NCBI GenBank assembly: GCA_017395105.1
Contig: JAFPWD010000038.1
Span: 20,795-84,794, forward strand
Length of the DNA: 64,000 nt
Direction of reading: 5' to 3'
Source: Clostridia bacterium
GTDB taxonomy: Bacteria; Bacillota; Clostridia; Christensenellales; CAG-138
Position numbers and translations under genes: made by a program. Shown here in pieces: positions 19,267 to 31,413 of the stretch; within the stretch, counting starts at the first letter, position 1; each line of letters starts with the position of its first letter. A model generated the notes under the pieces. The model searched no databases. It saw only the letters and a list, made by a program, of their open reading frames with translations, and was not told the DNA's origin.

Positions 19267-21294
19267 TTATTTTCGTGTTCTTCCCCTTGCTTTTCTGCGG
19301 CTTCCGGGCATGCCCGGCTTGATAGAGGAGGGCTTTTTCCTCTCACCTTCGCCCCTGAGCCTGTAAAGCTCATCGCGCAGCTTGGCAGCTGTCTCAAACT
19401 CAAGCTCCATAGCCGCCTTCTGCATCTGCTCGGTTATGAGAGCGATCTTTTGTTCAAGCTCTTCGTCGCTCATTCCCGATGCGGCATCCCTTGCTTCGGT
19501 CGATATCTCAATTATATCGTAAACCGCCTTCTTAACGCTTTGGGGCACAATGCCGTGCTCCTCATTGAAAGCAAGCTGCTTGATTCTTCGGCGGTTGGTC
19601 TCATCAATGGTGCGCTGCATGGAATCGGTGATAGTATCGGCATACATGATAACGTAGCCGTCCACGTTTCGTGCGGCTCTGCCGACGGTCTGTATCAGCG
19701 AAGTGGTCGAGCGCAGGAACCCTTCTTTATCCGCATCGAGTATTGCCACGAGCCCGACCTCGGGAAGATCGAGGCCCTCGCGAAGAAGGTTTATGCCAAT
19801 GAGCACGTCGAACTCTCCGAGGCGAAGATCGCGGATTATCTCCATTCGCTCGATCGTCTGAATATCCGAATGCATATAGCGAACGCGAATGCCTATGGAA
19901 TCCAGATGCTCTGTCAGCATCTCAGCCATGCGCTTGGTCAGGGTCGTTGCAAGAACTCGATAGCCTTTTTCGACGTTTTTATTTATCTCGGAGATGAGAT
20001 CGTCTATCTGACCCTTCACGGGACGAACGAAGATCTCGGGATCGACCAGGCCGGTTGGCCTGATTATCTGTTCGGCGATATTGCTTGCCCTTGAAAGCTC
20101 GTACTCTGCGGGCGTTGCGCTGACACAGACGAGTTGCTTGAGCCTTTGCACAAATTCATCGAATTTCAACGGGCGGTTGTCGAACGCGCTCGGGATGCGG
20201 AAGCCGTATTCCACAAGTTCGGTCTTTCGCGCCTTGTCGCCGTTATACATGGCGCGAATCTGAGGTATCGTTGCATGGCTTTCGTCGATTATCGTAAGAA
20301 AATCATCTCCGAAGAAATCCAAAAGCGTATACGGCGGCTGTCCGGGCGCTCTGCCATCGAAGTATCGCGAATAATTCTCGATACCCGAGCAATAGCCGAT
20401 CTCGCGGATCATCTCCATATCGTATCGAGTGCGCTGCTCGAGCCGCTGCGCTTCAACAAGCTTATACTGCGCTTTGAGCTCCTCGACTCGCTCGAGCATA
20501 TCCTCCTCGATCTGCGCAAGCGCGGAAGCAATCTTATCCTTGCCCGCAGAATAATGCGTTGCGGGAAAGATAACGGCGTGGGAAAGAGAATTGATCGGCA
20601 CACCCGTAACCGCGTTTATATCGGAAATCGCCTCGATCTCATCGCCGAAGAACTCGATCCTGATAGCTCTATCGGCAAAATTCATCGGGAACACCTCGAT
20701 AATATCGCCGCGAACCCTGAAATTGCCTCGAGCAAACTCTATATCGTTGCGCTGATACTGTATTTCAACAAGTCTTCTGATAAGCGCATCCCTGTCCATC
20801 TCTGCTCCGCGGCGGATAGAGATGCTCATGCGCAAATATTCTTCGGGATCGCCGAGAGCATAGATGCAGGAAACCGAAGCAACTATGACCACATCCCTTC
20901 GTTCGTTCAGCGAGCAGGTCGCGCTGTGCCTGAGCCTGTCTATCTCCTGATTGATATCGGCGGTCTTTTCGATATAAGTATCGGATGAGGCAATATAGGC
21001 CTCGGGCTGATAGTAGTCGTAATACGAAACAAAATACTCAACGGCGTTATTCGGAAAAAACTCGCGAAACTCGGAGCAGAGCTGTGCTGCAAGCGTTTTA
21101 TTATGCGCAATAACAAGTGTTGGCTTCTGAACGCGCTCTATGAGCTTTGCCATGGTGAAGGTTTTTCCCGAGCCTGTAACGCCGAGAAGCACCTGCACCT
21201 CGTCCCCTTCAAGCACGCCCGATGCAAGCGTTTCGATAGCCTGCGGCTGATCGCCATGCGGCTCAAATGGTGAAACGACCTTGAACTTGCCCAT
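19267..21294 (-). CDS. uvrB: Excinuclease ABC subunit B
   Basis: It has 'GDQPQAI', '[12 protein letters not shown]', helicase motifs, and the C-terminal UVR domain '[15 protein letters not shown]'. Confidence 0.98.
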   Translation of the reverse strand: MGKFKVVSPFEPHGDQPQAIETLASGVLEGDEVQVLLGVTGSGKTFTMAKLIERVQKPTLVIAHNKTLAAQLCSEFREFFPNNAVEYFVSYYDYYQPEAYIASSDTYIEKTADINQEIDRLRHSATCSLNERRDVVIVASVSCIYALGDPEEYLRMSISIRRGAEMDRDALIRRLVEIQYQRNDIEFARGNFRVRGDIIEVFPMNFADRAIRIEFFGDEIEAISDINAVTGVPINSLSHAVIFPATHYSAGKDKIASALAQIEEDMLERVEELKAQYKLVEAQRLEQRTRYDMEMIREIGYCSGIENYSRYFDGRAPGQPPYTLLDFFGDDFLTIIDESHATIPQIRAMYNGDKARKTELVEYGFRIPSAFDNRPLKFDEFVQRLKQLVCVSATPAEYELSRASNIAEQIIRPTGLVDPEIFVRPVKGQIDDLISEINKNVEKGYRVLATTLTKRMAEMLTEHLDSIGIRVRYMHSDIQTIERMEIIRDLRLGEFDVLIGINLLREGLDLPEVGLVAILDADKEGFLRSTTSLIQTVGRAARNVDGYVIMYADTITDSMQRTIDETNRRRIKQLAFNEEHGIVPQSVKKAVYDIIEISTEARDAASGMSDEELEQKIALITEQMQKAAMELEFETAAKLRDELYRLRGEGERKKPSSIKPGMPGSRRKARGRTRK

Positions 21295-21500
21295 TGCGCA
21301 TAAACCTCCAATTTATTATCAGCTCTATTATACCACAAACTTGTTTTATATTCACGATTTATGTTTATGTATATAAATTTTCTTTCGATATATTGCCCGT
21401 TTACCCCTTTATTTGCGCTCCAAAATCTAATATAATAGAAGCGGCGAAATATGCATGAGCCTTTTGGCTCTTACATCTACACATAAGGAGGATACCTGAA

Positions 21501-23228
21501 TTGAAAAAGCTTTTGCTCGGAAATGAAGCGATCGCAAGAGGTGCCTATGAAGCCGGCGTCCGCGTTTCAAGCGCATATCCCGGAACCCCCAGCACCGAGA
21601 TCAACGAAAACGTTGCCACCTATCCCGAAATCTATTCGGAATGGGCTCCCAACGAGAAGGTTGCTGTTGAAGTCGCCCTCGGCGCAGCCGTAAGCGGCGC
21701 TCGCAGCCTTGCCTGCATGAAGCACGTCGGTCTCAACGTTGCGGCCGATCCGTTCTTCACCGCAACCTATACCGGTGTCAACGCCGGCATGGTCGTCGTT
21801 GTTGCGGACGACCCCGGCATGCACTCCTCTCAGAACGAGCAGGACACCCGCATGCTCGCCCGCGCATCCCATGCACCCGTGCTCGATCCCTCCAGCAGCC
21901 AGGAATGCAAGGACTTCCTCAAGCTCGCATACGAGATCAGCGAAAAGTACGACACTCCCGTTATCCTCCGCGTTACCACGAGGATCGCACATGCGCGTAC
22001 CCTCGTTGAGCTCGAGGATCGCATTGAGCTTCCCCTTCGTGAGTATACCCGCGATATCAAAAAATACGTTTCCATGCCGGCTAATATGATCGGCCGCCAT
22101 CTCTACGTTGAAGAGCGTGAAAAGAGGCTTGCCGAGGATGCGAACACCCTATCCATCAACAAGATCGAATGGGCGGATCGCAAGATTGGCGTTATTACCT
22201 CGGGCGCTGCGTATAACTACGTAAAAGAAGCCATGCCCAACGCCTCCGTGCTTAAGCTCGGTCTTGCCTACCCCATGCCCAAGAAGCTCATTGAGGAGTT
22301 TGCAAAGGGTGTTGAGAAGCTCTACGTCATCGAGGATATGGAGCCCTTCTACGAGGACACCATCAAGGCTTGGGGCATCGAGTGCAGCGGCAAGGAGCTC
22401 ACCGGCGTTCAGGGCGAACTCTTTGCTCGTAAGATCGCCGCTAAATTCGAGGGTGCCGAGGAAGCCGGTCCCATGAATACTCAGGGCATTCCCGCCCGTC
22501 CTCCCGTGCTCTGCCCCGGCTGTCCGCATCGCGGTCTTTACCATGTTCTCGGCAAACTCAAGCTCACCGTATGTTCCGACATCGGCTGCTACACCCTCGG
22601 CGCATTGCCTCCGCTCAGCGGCGTTGACACCTGCGTTTGCATGGGCGCATCGATCGGCATGGCGCACGGTATGGAGAAGGCTCGCGGCCACGCTCAGGCG
22701 AAAAAGACCGTTGCCGTGCTTGGCGACTCCACCTTCTGCCACAGCGGTCTGACCGGCCTTCTGAATATGGCGTATAACCGCTCCGTCGGCACTGTCATCG
22801 TTGCGGACAACTCCATCACCGGCATGACCGGCCATCAGAACAACCCCGCCAACGGTTATGATATCCACGGCGAGCCAACCACCGCTCTTGATATCGTAAA
22901 GCTCTGCGAAGCGATGGGCATTCAGCACGTTCGCGTGGTCGATCCCTTCGATCTTAAGGAGCTTGAAAAGGTCGTTCGCGAGGAGACCGAGCGTGAGGAG
23001 CTTTCCGTTATCATCTCCCGCCGCCCCTGCGCGCTTATCGTTAAGCAGCCCGGCGTTTCGTTCGTCTGCGACAGCGAGAAGTGCCGCAACTGCGGTATGT
23101 GCATGAGGATCGGATGCCCCGCCATCCGCAAGACCGAGACCGGCGTTGCCGTCGATCCGACCCAGTGTGTCGGCTGCGGCCTCTGCGCTCAGCTCTGCCA
23201 CTTTGGCGCTCTCAACCCCGAAGCATAA
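21501..23228 (+). CDS. iorA: Indolepyruvate:ferredoxin oxidoreductase alpha subunit
   Basis: 575 aa. It has the 'LLGNEAIARGAYEAGV..SSAYPGTPSTEI' TPP-enzyme motifs and C-terminal 4Fe-4S motifs 'CRNCGMCMRIGCP' and 'CVGCGLCAQLC'. The TTG start follows AAGGAGGA. Confidence 0.88.
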   Translation: MKKLLLGNEAIARGAYEAGVRVSSAYPGTPSTEINENVATYPEIYSEWAPNEKVAVEVALGAAVSGARSLACMKHVGLNVAADPFFTATYTGVNAGMVVVVADDPGMHSSQNEQDTRMLARASHAPVLDPSSSQECKDFLKLAYEISEKYDTPVILRVTTRIAHARTLVELEDRIELPLREYTRDIKKYVSMPANMIGRHLYVEEREKRLAEDANTLSINKIEWADRKIGVITSGAAYNYVKEAMPNASVLKLGLAYPMPKKLIEEFAKGVEKLYVIEDMEPFYEDTIKAWGIECSGKELTGVQGELFARKIAAKFEGAEEAGPMNTQGIPARPPVLCPGCPHRGLYHVLGKLKLTVCSDIGCYTLGALPPLSGVDTCVCMGASIGMAHGMEKARGHAQAKKTVAVLGDSTFCHSGLTGLLNMAYNRSVGTVIVADNSITGMTGHQNNPANGYDIHGEPTTALDIVKLCEAMGIQHVRVVDPFDLKELEKVVREETEREELSVIISRRPCALIVKQPGVSFVCDSEKCRNCGMCMRIGCPAIRKTETGVAVDPTQCVGCGLCAQLCHFGALNPEA

Positions 23229-23241
23229 GGAGGAAAAACGC

Positions 23242-23814
23242 ATGTTTAACATAGTTATCGTCGGTGTAGGCGGTCAGGGCACCCTGCTTGCAAGCAAGAT
23301 CCTCGGCCAGCTCGCAATGAATAACGGCTACGATGTTCGCGTAAGCGAGGTTCACGGTATGAGCCAGCGCGGCGGCAGCGTGGTCACCTACGTTCGCATG
23401 AGCAACGATACCCCCCTGTATTCCTCCATCGTTGAGCAGGAGCAGGCCGATATCGTTCTTGCTTTCGAGAATCTCGAAGCACTTCGAGCGCTTCCCTATC
23501 TCAAGGCGGACGGAACCATGGTCGTGAATACCCAGCAGATACTTCCCATGCCCGTTATCACCGGCGCAACGAAGTATCCCGAGGATTGCCTCGATCGCGT
23601 TGAATCGGCTGCAAAGACTATCAAGATCAATGCTGTTGATATCGCGCATGAGTGCGGCACCTACCGCGCTGCAAACGTCGTTCTTATGGGCGTTTGCGCG
23701 AAGATGCTCCCGTTCAGCGCCGAGGAATGGCATAAGGCCATCGAGCAGTGCGTTAAGCCCAAGTTCCTCGATGTCAACATCAACGCATTCGATCGCGGCT
23801 ACAACTTCAAATAA
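23242..23814 (+). CDS. iorB: Indolepyruvate:ferredoxin oxidoreductase beta subunit
   Basis: It begins 'MFNIVIVGVGGQGTLLASKILG' and contains 'EVHGMSQRGGSV'. The ATG follows AAGGAGGA. The longer ORF-track start at 23146 overlaps iorA and is rejected. Confidence 0.88.
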   Translation: MFNIVIVGVGGQGTLLASKILGQLAMNNGYDVRVSEVHGMSQRGGSVVTYVRMSNDTPLYSSIVEQEQADIVLAFENLEALRALPYLKADGTMVVNTQQILPMPVITGATKYPEDCLDRVESAAKTIKINAVDIAHECGTYRAANVVLMGVCAKMLPFSAEEWHKAIEQCVKPKFLDVNINAFDRGYNFK

Positions 23815-23820
23815 TTGACG

Positions 23821-24999
23821 ATGTACGATTTCAAAACCCATATCGACAGAACCGCAACAGGTTCTATCAAAACCGACATAGCACCCGAGTCCGTAAAGGA
23901 CTCGGGTCTTGTGCCGTTGTCCGTTGCGGATATGGAGCTGCCGGTTGCTACCGAGATAGTCGAGGCAATAAAGCAGGCAGCCGATAAAGGCATATTCGGC
24001 TATACTTACGCCGACAAAGAATACATAGATGCCGTGCGTTCATGGATGAAAACGCGTCACGCTTTTGATACCGAGGGCTTTAAGCTGATCACCACTAACG
24101 GAGTCGTTCCCGCACTCAGATTCGCTGTGGAAGCCTTCTGCGACAAGGGCGATGGCGTGGTTATTCAGCCACCGGTCTATATGATGTTTAAAAACGCCAT
24201 AGAAACAGCCGAAAGGCGCGTTGTCGAGAATCCGCTTATATTTGAAAACGGCCGCTATACGATGGACTATGAGGATCTTGACAGAAAGACCGCACCCTCC
24301 GACGTTAAGCTTCTGCTGCTTTGCAGCCCGCATAACCCTGTTGGCAGAGTATGGTCGAAGGATGAGCTTATAAGGCTCGGTGAGATCTGCAAACAGAACG
24401 GCGTTATAGTCGTTGCCGACGAGATTCACAACGATCTTCTTTTAAACGGCGCCGATCATACCGTGTTTGCGACACTTCCCGAAATGGATGACATCTCCAT
24501 CACCTGCACCGCAACGAGCAAGACCTTTAACCTTGCAGGACTTTCATGCTCCAATATCTTCATCAAAAATGAGACGATCGCCGAAGGCTTCAAAAAGGCT
24601 GCAGACCGCGCCGGCGCGGGGCTGGTTCCGTATTTTGCACGCTCAGCTACCATAGCTGCCTATACTCAATGCGCCGCTTGGGTGGATGAGCTGAATTCCC
24701 ATATTGCCGCAAATTTCGAGCTTATGTATGCCTTCATTGAGAAGGAGCTTCCGATGCTCAAGGTCATCCGCGCAGAGGGAACCTATCTTGCGTGGATCGA
24801 TATGCGCGCGCTTGAGCTTGATGACAAGCCACTTGAAGAGCTCGTGCTTGCGCACGGCCTTGCTCTCGACGAAGGCTATCTTTTCGGAAGCGGCGGCAGC
24901 GGCTTTGAAAGATGGAATCTCGCTCTGCCTGCCGACATCCTCGAAAAAGCGCTTATTCAGCTTAAAAACGCAGTTCATAAAGCGCTTTCAACACGCTGA
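23821..24999 (+). CDS. PLP-dependent aminotransferase class I/II, PatB/MalY-type C-S lyase family
   Basis: It has 'LLLCSPHNPVGRVW', 'VVADEIHNDL' and 'ATSKTFNLAGL' (PLP-lysine motif). Confidence 0.8.
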   Translation: MYDFKTHIDRTATGSIKTDIAPESVKDSGLVPLSVADMELPVATEIVEAIKQAADKGIFGYTYADKEYIDAVRSWMKTRHAFDTEGFKLITTNGVVPALRFAVEAFCDKGDGVVIQPPVYMMFKNAIETAERRVVENPLIFENGRYTMDYEDLDRKTAPSDVKLLLLCSPHNPVGRVWSKDELIRLGEICKQNGVIVVADEIHNDLLLNGADHTVFATLPEMDDISITCTATSKTFNLAGLSCSNIFIKNETIAEGFKKAADRAGAGLVPYFARSATIAAYTQCAAWVDELNSHIAANFELMYAFIEKELPMLKVIRAEGTYLAWIDMRALELDDKPLEELVLAHGLALDEGYLFGSGGSGFERWNLALPADILEKALIQLKNAVHKALSTR

Positions 25000-25015
25000 A
25001 ACCAAACAACTATTG

Positions 25016-27358
25016 ATGCTTAATTTAAAATCACTGAACAAAGAGCAGTATGAAGCTGCAACTACCATAGACGGGCCCTTGCTGGTGCTTGCCGGAGCAG
25101 GCAGCGGCAAGACCCGTGTTTTGACTTACCGAATTGCAAACCTCGTTTTGAACCACGGCATTCCCGCTTGGGCAATACTTGCCGTTACCTTCACAAACAA
25201 GGCGGCAAAGGAGATGAAGGAGCGAGTTGACAAACTGCTCGATACTCCTTCATCCGATATGTGGGTCACCACGTTCCATTCTTTCTGCGTTAAAATACTC
25301 AGAAGCGATATCGATAAGCTCGGGTTCGATCGGGGCTTTACCATATACGACGATCAGGACCAAAGCTCCATCATCGCCGATATCATGAAGCAGCAGAATA
25401 TCGACGAAAAGAAGCTCCCAAAGGCGCGCTTCCGCGCTATGATAAGCGAAGCAAAGAACTCCTCCGAGCGACCGGAAACCTATATTATGGAGGCTGCGGG
25501 TCAGAACGCGGATACCTTCGTTGATGTTTACCGCGCTTATCAAAAGCGCCTTTTGGAATGCAGCGCACTCGACTTCGACGATCTGCTTCTCTATGCCGTT
25601 CGTCTGTTCAAGGAACAGCCCGAGGTGCTTACAAAATACAGAAAGCGTTTTCGTTACGTGCTTGTTGACGAGTATCAGGACACGAACTATCCGCAGTATC
25701 AAATCGTTAAGCTTCTTTGCGCTGAGCATCGCAATATCTGCGTGGTTGGCGACGATGATCAGAGCATCTACGGCTGGCGCGGAGCGGATATTCGCAATAT
25801 CCTTGACTTTGAAAAGGATTTCGAGGGAGCTAAGGTCGTGCGGCTGGAGCAGAACTACCGCTCCACAAAGGCGATACTCGACTGTGCAAACAAGGTGATC
25901 GCGAACAACACCGGCAGAAAGAGCAAGAGGCTTTGGACGGATAAGCCCGGCGGCGAAAGGGTCGAGCTTGTAATGGTGGATGACGAGCGCGATGAAGCTT
26001 ACGCGATAGCCAAAACGATTTCAAGGCTTCACAGCTATGAAAAGCGCAGCTACAACGATTTCGCGGTGCTTTACCGCACCCATGCGCAGAGTCGCGTTAT
26101 AGAATCGGTATTGACCACAGGCTACGGGATCCCGATAAGCATAATCGGCGGCATGCGCTTCTACTCCTATCAGGAGATAAAGGATCTGCTCGCATATCTC
26201 AAGCTCATTTCAAATCCGAATGACGACGTGGCGTTTAAGCGCATAATAAACGTACCCAAGCGCGGCATCGGATCTGCAACGGTCTCCTCCATTGAAACCG
26301 CGGCGCAGGCCAAGGACATCTCTATGTTCATGGCCTGCATAACGCCCGATGCACTCAATGAAAAGCTTGTTAAAAAAGTTGCGCCCTTCATAGACCTTAT
26401 GAAGGAGCTGTTTGCAAAAAGATACAGCATGGGGCTTGCGGAGCTTGCCGAAAGCATAATCACAGCGACCGATTTTGATTCTTACCTTCTGGAGCTCGGA
26501 AGCGATAAATACGACACGCGCTCCGAAAACGTTCAGGAGCTTCTCGGCGCGATGCTCGAGCACGAGCAGCAGCTTCCCGAAGGCACGGATGCGCTTCAAA
26601 GCTTCCTTGAAACCGCTGCGCTCAACTCAGAGGCGGATAATATCGATGAGAGCGACGGCACGGTGAAGCTTATGACACTGCACTGCGCAAAGGGGCTCGA
26701 GTTTCCGATAGTATTCCTTCCCGGCATGGAGGATGGCATCTTCCCTTCCTCGCGTTCGAAGGAGGAAAAGAGCCGATTCGAGGAGGAGCGCAGGCTCTGC
26801 TACGTCGGCGTTACCCGCGCTGAACAGAAGCTCATTCTTCTTGCCGCCCATTCGCGCATGCTTTACGGCAGACAGCAGGTGAACGATCCCTCCGTTTTCC
26901 TCGAGGAGATGGAGCTTATCGATCCTAACTCAACCCCTATGAAGCGGAATTCCTTCATGAGTGCAGTCGGCACTCGCTCCGCTTATCAGAGCGGCTCGAT
27001 GCAGTCAGGCTCTGGCGGGTTCGGCAGTGGCACAAGAATGAACCATACTGGCACAAACGTTGGAAAGGACGTTGTTGAGCAGATAAGAAAGCTGAACGGG
27101 CTTTCCGGGAACAGTTTCTCCAAGAAGCCCGCATCGAGCGGCGCATCCTACTCTGTGTCCCCCGCTGCCGCCGAAAGCAAGAAACGATCATCAACGGTTT
27201 TCAAGAAGGATATGCGTGTTATACATCCTCAGTTTGGGCAAGGAACCGTTATAGAAGTTTCGGGCGAAGGGAGCGCAATAGTCAGCATAAAATTCGACAA
27301 CGGCTCGCTGCGCCGACTTGCCGCCGCATACGCGCCTTTGACCGTTATCAAGGAGTAA
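25016..27358 (+). CDS. pcrA: ATP-dependent DNA helicase PcrA (UvrD family)
   Basis: The start is chosen at 'MLNLKSLNKEQYEAATTIDGPLLVLAGAGSGKTRVL'. It has 'VDEYQDTN', 'QNYRST' and 'LMTLHCAKGLEFP', plus a C-terminal Tudor-like tail. It lies directly upstream of ligA, as in Bacillus. Confidence 0.95.
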   Translation: MLNLKSLNKEQYEAATTIDGPLLVLAGAGSGKTRVLTYRIANLVLNHGIPAWAILAVTFTNKAAKEMKERVDKLLDTPSSDMWVTTFHSFCVKILRSDIDKLGFDRGFTIYDDQDQSSIIADIMKQQNIDEKKLPKARFRAMISEAKNSSERPETYIMEAAGQNADTFVDVYRAYQKRLLECSALDFDDLLLYAVRLFKEQPEVLTKYRKRFRYVLVDEYQDTNYPQYQIVKLLCAEHRNICVVGDDDQSIYGWRGADIRNILDFEKDFEGAKVVRLEQNYRSTKAILDCANKVIANNTGRKSKRLWTDKPGGERVELVMVDDERDEAYAIAKTISRLHSYEKRSYNDFAVLYRTHAQSRVIESVLTTGYGIPISIIGGMRFYSYQEIKDLLAYLKLISNPNDDVAFKRIINVPKRGIGSATVSSIETAAQAKDISMFMACITPDALNEKLVKKVAPFIDLMKELFAKRYSMGLAELAESIITATDFDSYLLELGSDKYDTRSENVQELLGAMLEHEQQLPEGTDALQSFLETAALNSEADNIDESDGTVKLMTLHCAKGLEFPIVFLPGMEDGIFPSSRSKEEKSRFEEERRLCYVGVTRAEQKLILLAAHSRMLYGRQQVNDPSVFLEEMELIDPNSTPMKRNSFMSAVGTRSAYQSGSMQSGSGGFGSGTRMNHTGTNVGKDVVEQIRKLNGLSGNSFSKKPASSGASYSVSPAAAESKKRSSTVFKKDMRVIHPQFGQGTVIEVSGEGSAIVSIKFDNGSLRRLAAAYAPLTVIKE

Positions 27359-29317
<1,959 letters not shown>

Positions 29318-29318
29318 A

Positions 29319-30287
29319 ATGAGAGTAGGAAAGCTTACAAACGAACAGCTGGACAGGCTTATACTCAGCAAGCTGAAGCATACTCGCAATGAGGTCGTGC
29401 TTTCTCCCGGGATCGGCGTGGACTGCACCGCCGTAGATATGGGCAGCCGTCTGAGCGTGCTTTCAAGCGACCCGATAACGGCCGCGAAATCACGAATAGG
29501 CAGCCTCACTGTGAACGTTTGCTGCAACGATGCAGCCGCTTCCGGCGCAGAGCCCATAGGACTTATGGTGACTCTGCTTCTTCCACCGAGCATTACCGAA
29601 GATGAGGTCGATGCTTTGAGCGACGAGCTCATGGCCGCCGCTGAAAGGGCGAACGTGGACGTGATAGGCGGACATACCGAGATAACCGATTCCGTTACGA
29701 GAATTGTAACGAGCACTACGGTTATCGCCAGAGAAGGAAAAAACGGCATAATCTCACCGCGCGGTATGCGCGAGGGTGATGCTCTTATAATGACAAAACA
29801 TGCCGGCCTTGAGGGTGCCAACATCCTTGCTGATTATATCGAAAACGTTTCAGCTATTCTAACGAGCGAGGAGGCTGCGCTTGCACATTCCTTTGCGGAG
29901 CAAACGAGCGTTGTAAAAGAAGGGCTCTTTGCCGCCGACAATGGCGCAACTGCAATGCACGATGCCACCGAGGGCGGCGTGCTCGGCGCATGCTGGGAGC
30001 TTTCAGAAGCAAGCGGCGTTGGGCTCGAGCTGTTTCGTGATAGTATCGTCGTTCATCCCGTAACGAAAAAGCTCTGCTCAGCGGTCGGTATAGATCCGCT
30101 TCGGCTTATTTCAAGCGGCTGTATGCTCATTACCTGCCCAAACGGCGAGAACATGCTTAAGGGCTTGCATAGTCTCGGTATCGATGCCACCATCATCGGA
30201 AGAGCGCATGGCGATGGCGTTCGCTTCTCTACGGGCGAATCGATACTGCCGCCTGATGCGGATGAGATCTATAAGGTAGTTAAATAG
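29319..30287 (+). CDS. AIR-synthase-related protein (PurM/HypE/ThiL superfamily)
   Basis: 'DCTAVD', 'NDAAASGAEPIGL' and 'DVIGGHTEIT' are typical of the PurM-like N- and C-domains. The start is set at the ATG right after the ligA stop. Confidence 0.7.
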   Translation: MRVGKLTNEQLDRLILSKLKHTRNEVVLSPGIGVDCTAVDMGSRLSVLSSDPITAAKSRIGSLTVNVCCNDAAASGAEPIGLMVTLLLPPSITEDEVDALSDELMAAAERANVDVIGGHTEITDSVTRIVTSTTVIAREGKNGIISPRGMREGDALIMTKHAGLEGANILADYIENVSAILTSEEAALAHSFAEQTSVVKEGLFAADNGATAMHDATEGGVLGACWELSEASGVGLELFRDSIVVHPVTKKLCSAVGIDPLRLISSGCMLITCPNGENMLKGLHSLGIDATIIGRAHGDGVRFSTGESILPPDADEIYKVVK

Positions 30288-30310
30288 AATCGAGTCAATA
30301 ATAAACTGAA

Positions 30311-30347
30311 AAACACGCCTTCGAGCTCAGCCCTCGAAGGCGTGTTT
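30311..30347. terminator. Bidirectional hairpin terminator (15-bp perfect stem), 3' arm inside the end of yraN
   Basis: AAACACGCCTTCGAG-CTCAGCC-CTCGAAGGCGTGTTT lies between convergent genes. Confidence 0.6.
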
Positions 30348-30731
30348 ATAATGCGTTATGCCGGACAGCGGCAGCTTTTTGCTCAGATCGACTTCGATGA
30401 TATCATATCTGAAAACAGTTCTTTGAATATTATTTTTGGAAATATATGCCTTGGCAGCATAGATAAGGTTTTTGCGTTTTTCCTGTGTTACGCTTTTGTG
30501 CGGCGGAATGCCGCTCACATCCTTTCGAGACTTAACCTCGATAAAGGCGAGCACCTCACCTTTTTGAGCGATAATATCTATCTCCTTCTTATGAAAAAGC
30601 CAGTTGCGCTCGATTATCCTGTAGCCGTGAAGCCACAGATAAAGCGCAGCGCGCCGCTCCCCCTTTGCCCCGCTTTTCTGGCTTTTACTGCCGCTTCTCA
30701 ATGCAAGATTCGTTTTCTTTTCCGTTTTCAT
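30327..30731 (-). CDS. yraN: YraN-family (UPF0102) predicted endonuclease
   Basis: It has 'GERRAALYLWLHGYRIIERNW....EIDIIAQKGEVLAFIEVKSR'. The start is uncertain: ATG at 30731 versus TTG at 30758. Confidence 0.8.
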   Translation of the reverse strand: MKTEKKTNLALRSGSKSQKSGAKGERRAALYLWLHGYRIIERNWLFHKKEIDIIAQKGEVLAFIEVKSRKDVSGIPPHKSVTQEKRKNLIYAAKAYISKNNIQRTVFRYDIIEVDLSKKLPLSGITHYKHAFEG

Positions 30732-30747
30732 AGCAGATATCCGAAAT

Positions 30748-31410
30748 TCAGTCAACAAAGTTCTTGATGAAGCTGCGCCTGTGTATCTCGCACGGTCCGA
30801 ACTGCTTCAGCGCGTCGATATGCTGCTTCGTGCCGTAGCCCACGTTCCGTTCAAAGCCATACGCAGGATATTTCTGCGCCATCTCGATCATGTAGCGATC
30901 GCGTTCTACCTTGGCAACGATGCTTGCGGCGGCTATCGAGTAGCAAAGTGCATCCCCATGGATGAGCGGATGCTGCTCGGCAGTTATATCAAGCCCCTTC
31001 ACGGCATCGACGAATACCGTGCCGCATGGGATGCCTTTTTTGATCATCGCTTCAAATGCGAGCTTAAACGCGCGCTTCGTTGCCTGAAGAATGTTTATCT
31101 CGTCTATTATCTTTTCATCCACGAAAGCAACACCGTATGCAAGCGCAGATTCCGTTATCCTGCCGTGGAGCAGCTCGAGCTTCTTTTTGCTGAGCTTCTT
31201 AGAGTCGTTCACGCCATCGATAAGGCAGCTCGGAGGCATCATAACGCAGGCGGCAACAACAGGACCTGCGAGCGGGCCTCTGCCGACCTCGTCCATTCCC
31301 GCAACGGCTATGCCCTTCTCCCAAAACGGGCGCTCATTTTCGCTCATAAGAAGCAGGCGCTCGGCTTCTGGGATCTTTATTCGCTTTTTAGATGCTGTTT
31401 CGTTTGACAC
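30748..31410 (-). CDS. rnhB: Ribonuclease HII
   Basis: It has 'GMDEVGRGPLAGPVVAA', 'DSKKLS' and 'ASIVAKVERDR'. The position after ylqF is conserved. Confidence 0.95.
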   Translation of the reverse strand: MSNETASKKRIKIPEAERLLLMSENERPFWEKGIAVAGMDEVGRGPLAGPVVAACVMMPPSCLIDGVNDSKKLSKKKLELLHGRITESALAYGVAFVDEKIIDEINILQATKRAFKLAFEAMIKKGIPCGTVFVDAVKGLDITAEQHPLIHGDALCYSIAAASIVAKVERDRYMIEMAQKYPAYGFERNVGYGTKQHIDALKQFGPCEIHRRSFIKNFVD

Positions 31411-31413
31411 TGC

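Noticed and set aside
21295-21500. LexA (Cheo/SOS) box upstream of uvrB
   Set aside because: I looked for GAAC-N4-GTTC/GTTT. Only 'AAACTTGTTT' with a 2-nt spacer is present, which does not fit the consensus, so no call is made.
22149-23252. 367-aa minus-strand ORF
   Set aside because: It is entirely antisense to iorA, which has clear TPP and ferredoxin motifs. Its composition (Ala/Gly/Val-rich, no motifs, no RBS) is typical of a shadow ORF in GC-rich coding DNA.
24704-25015. 104-aa N-terminal extension of pcrA in the ORF track
   Set aside because: It overlaps the 3' end of the aminotransferase gene. Helicase homology begins at the internal Met (25016) just after that gene's stop.
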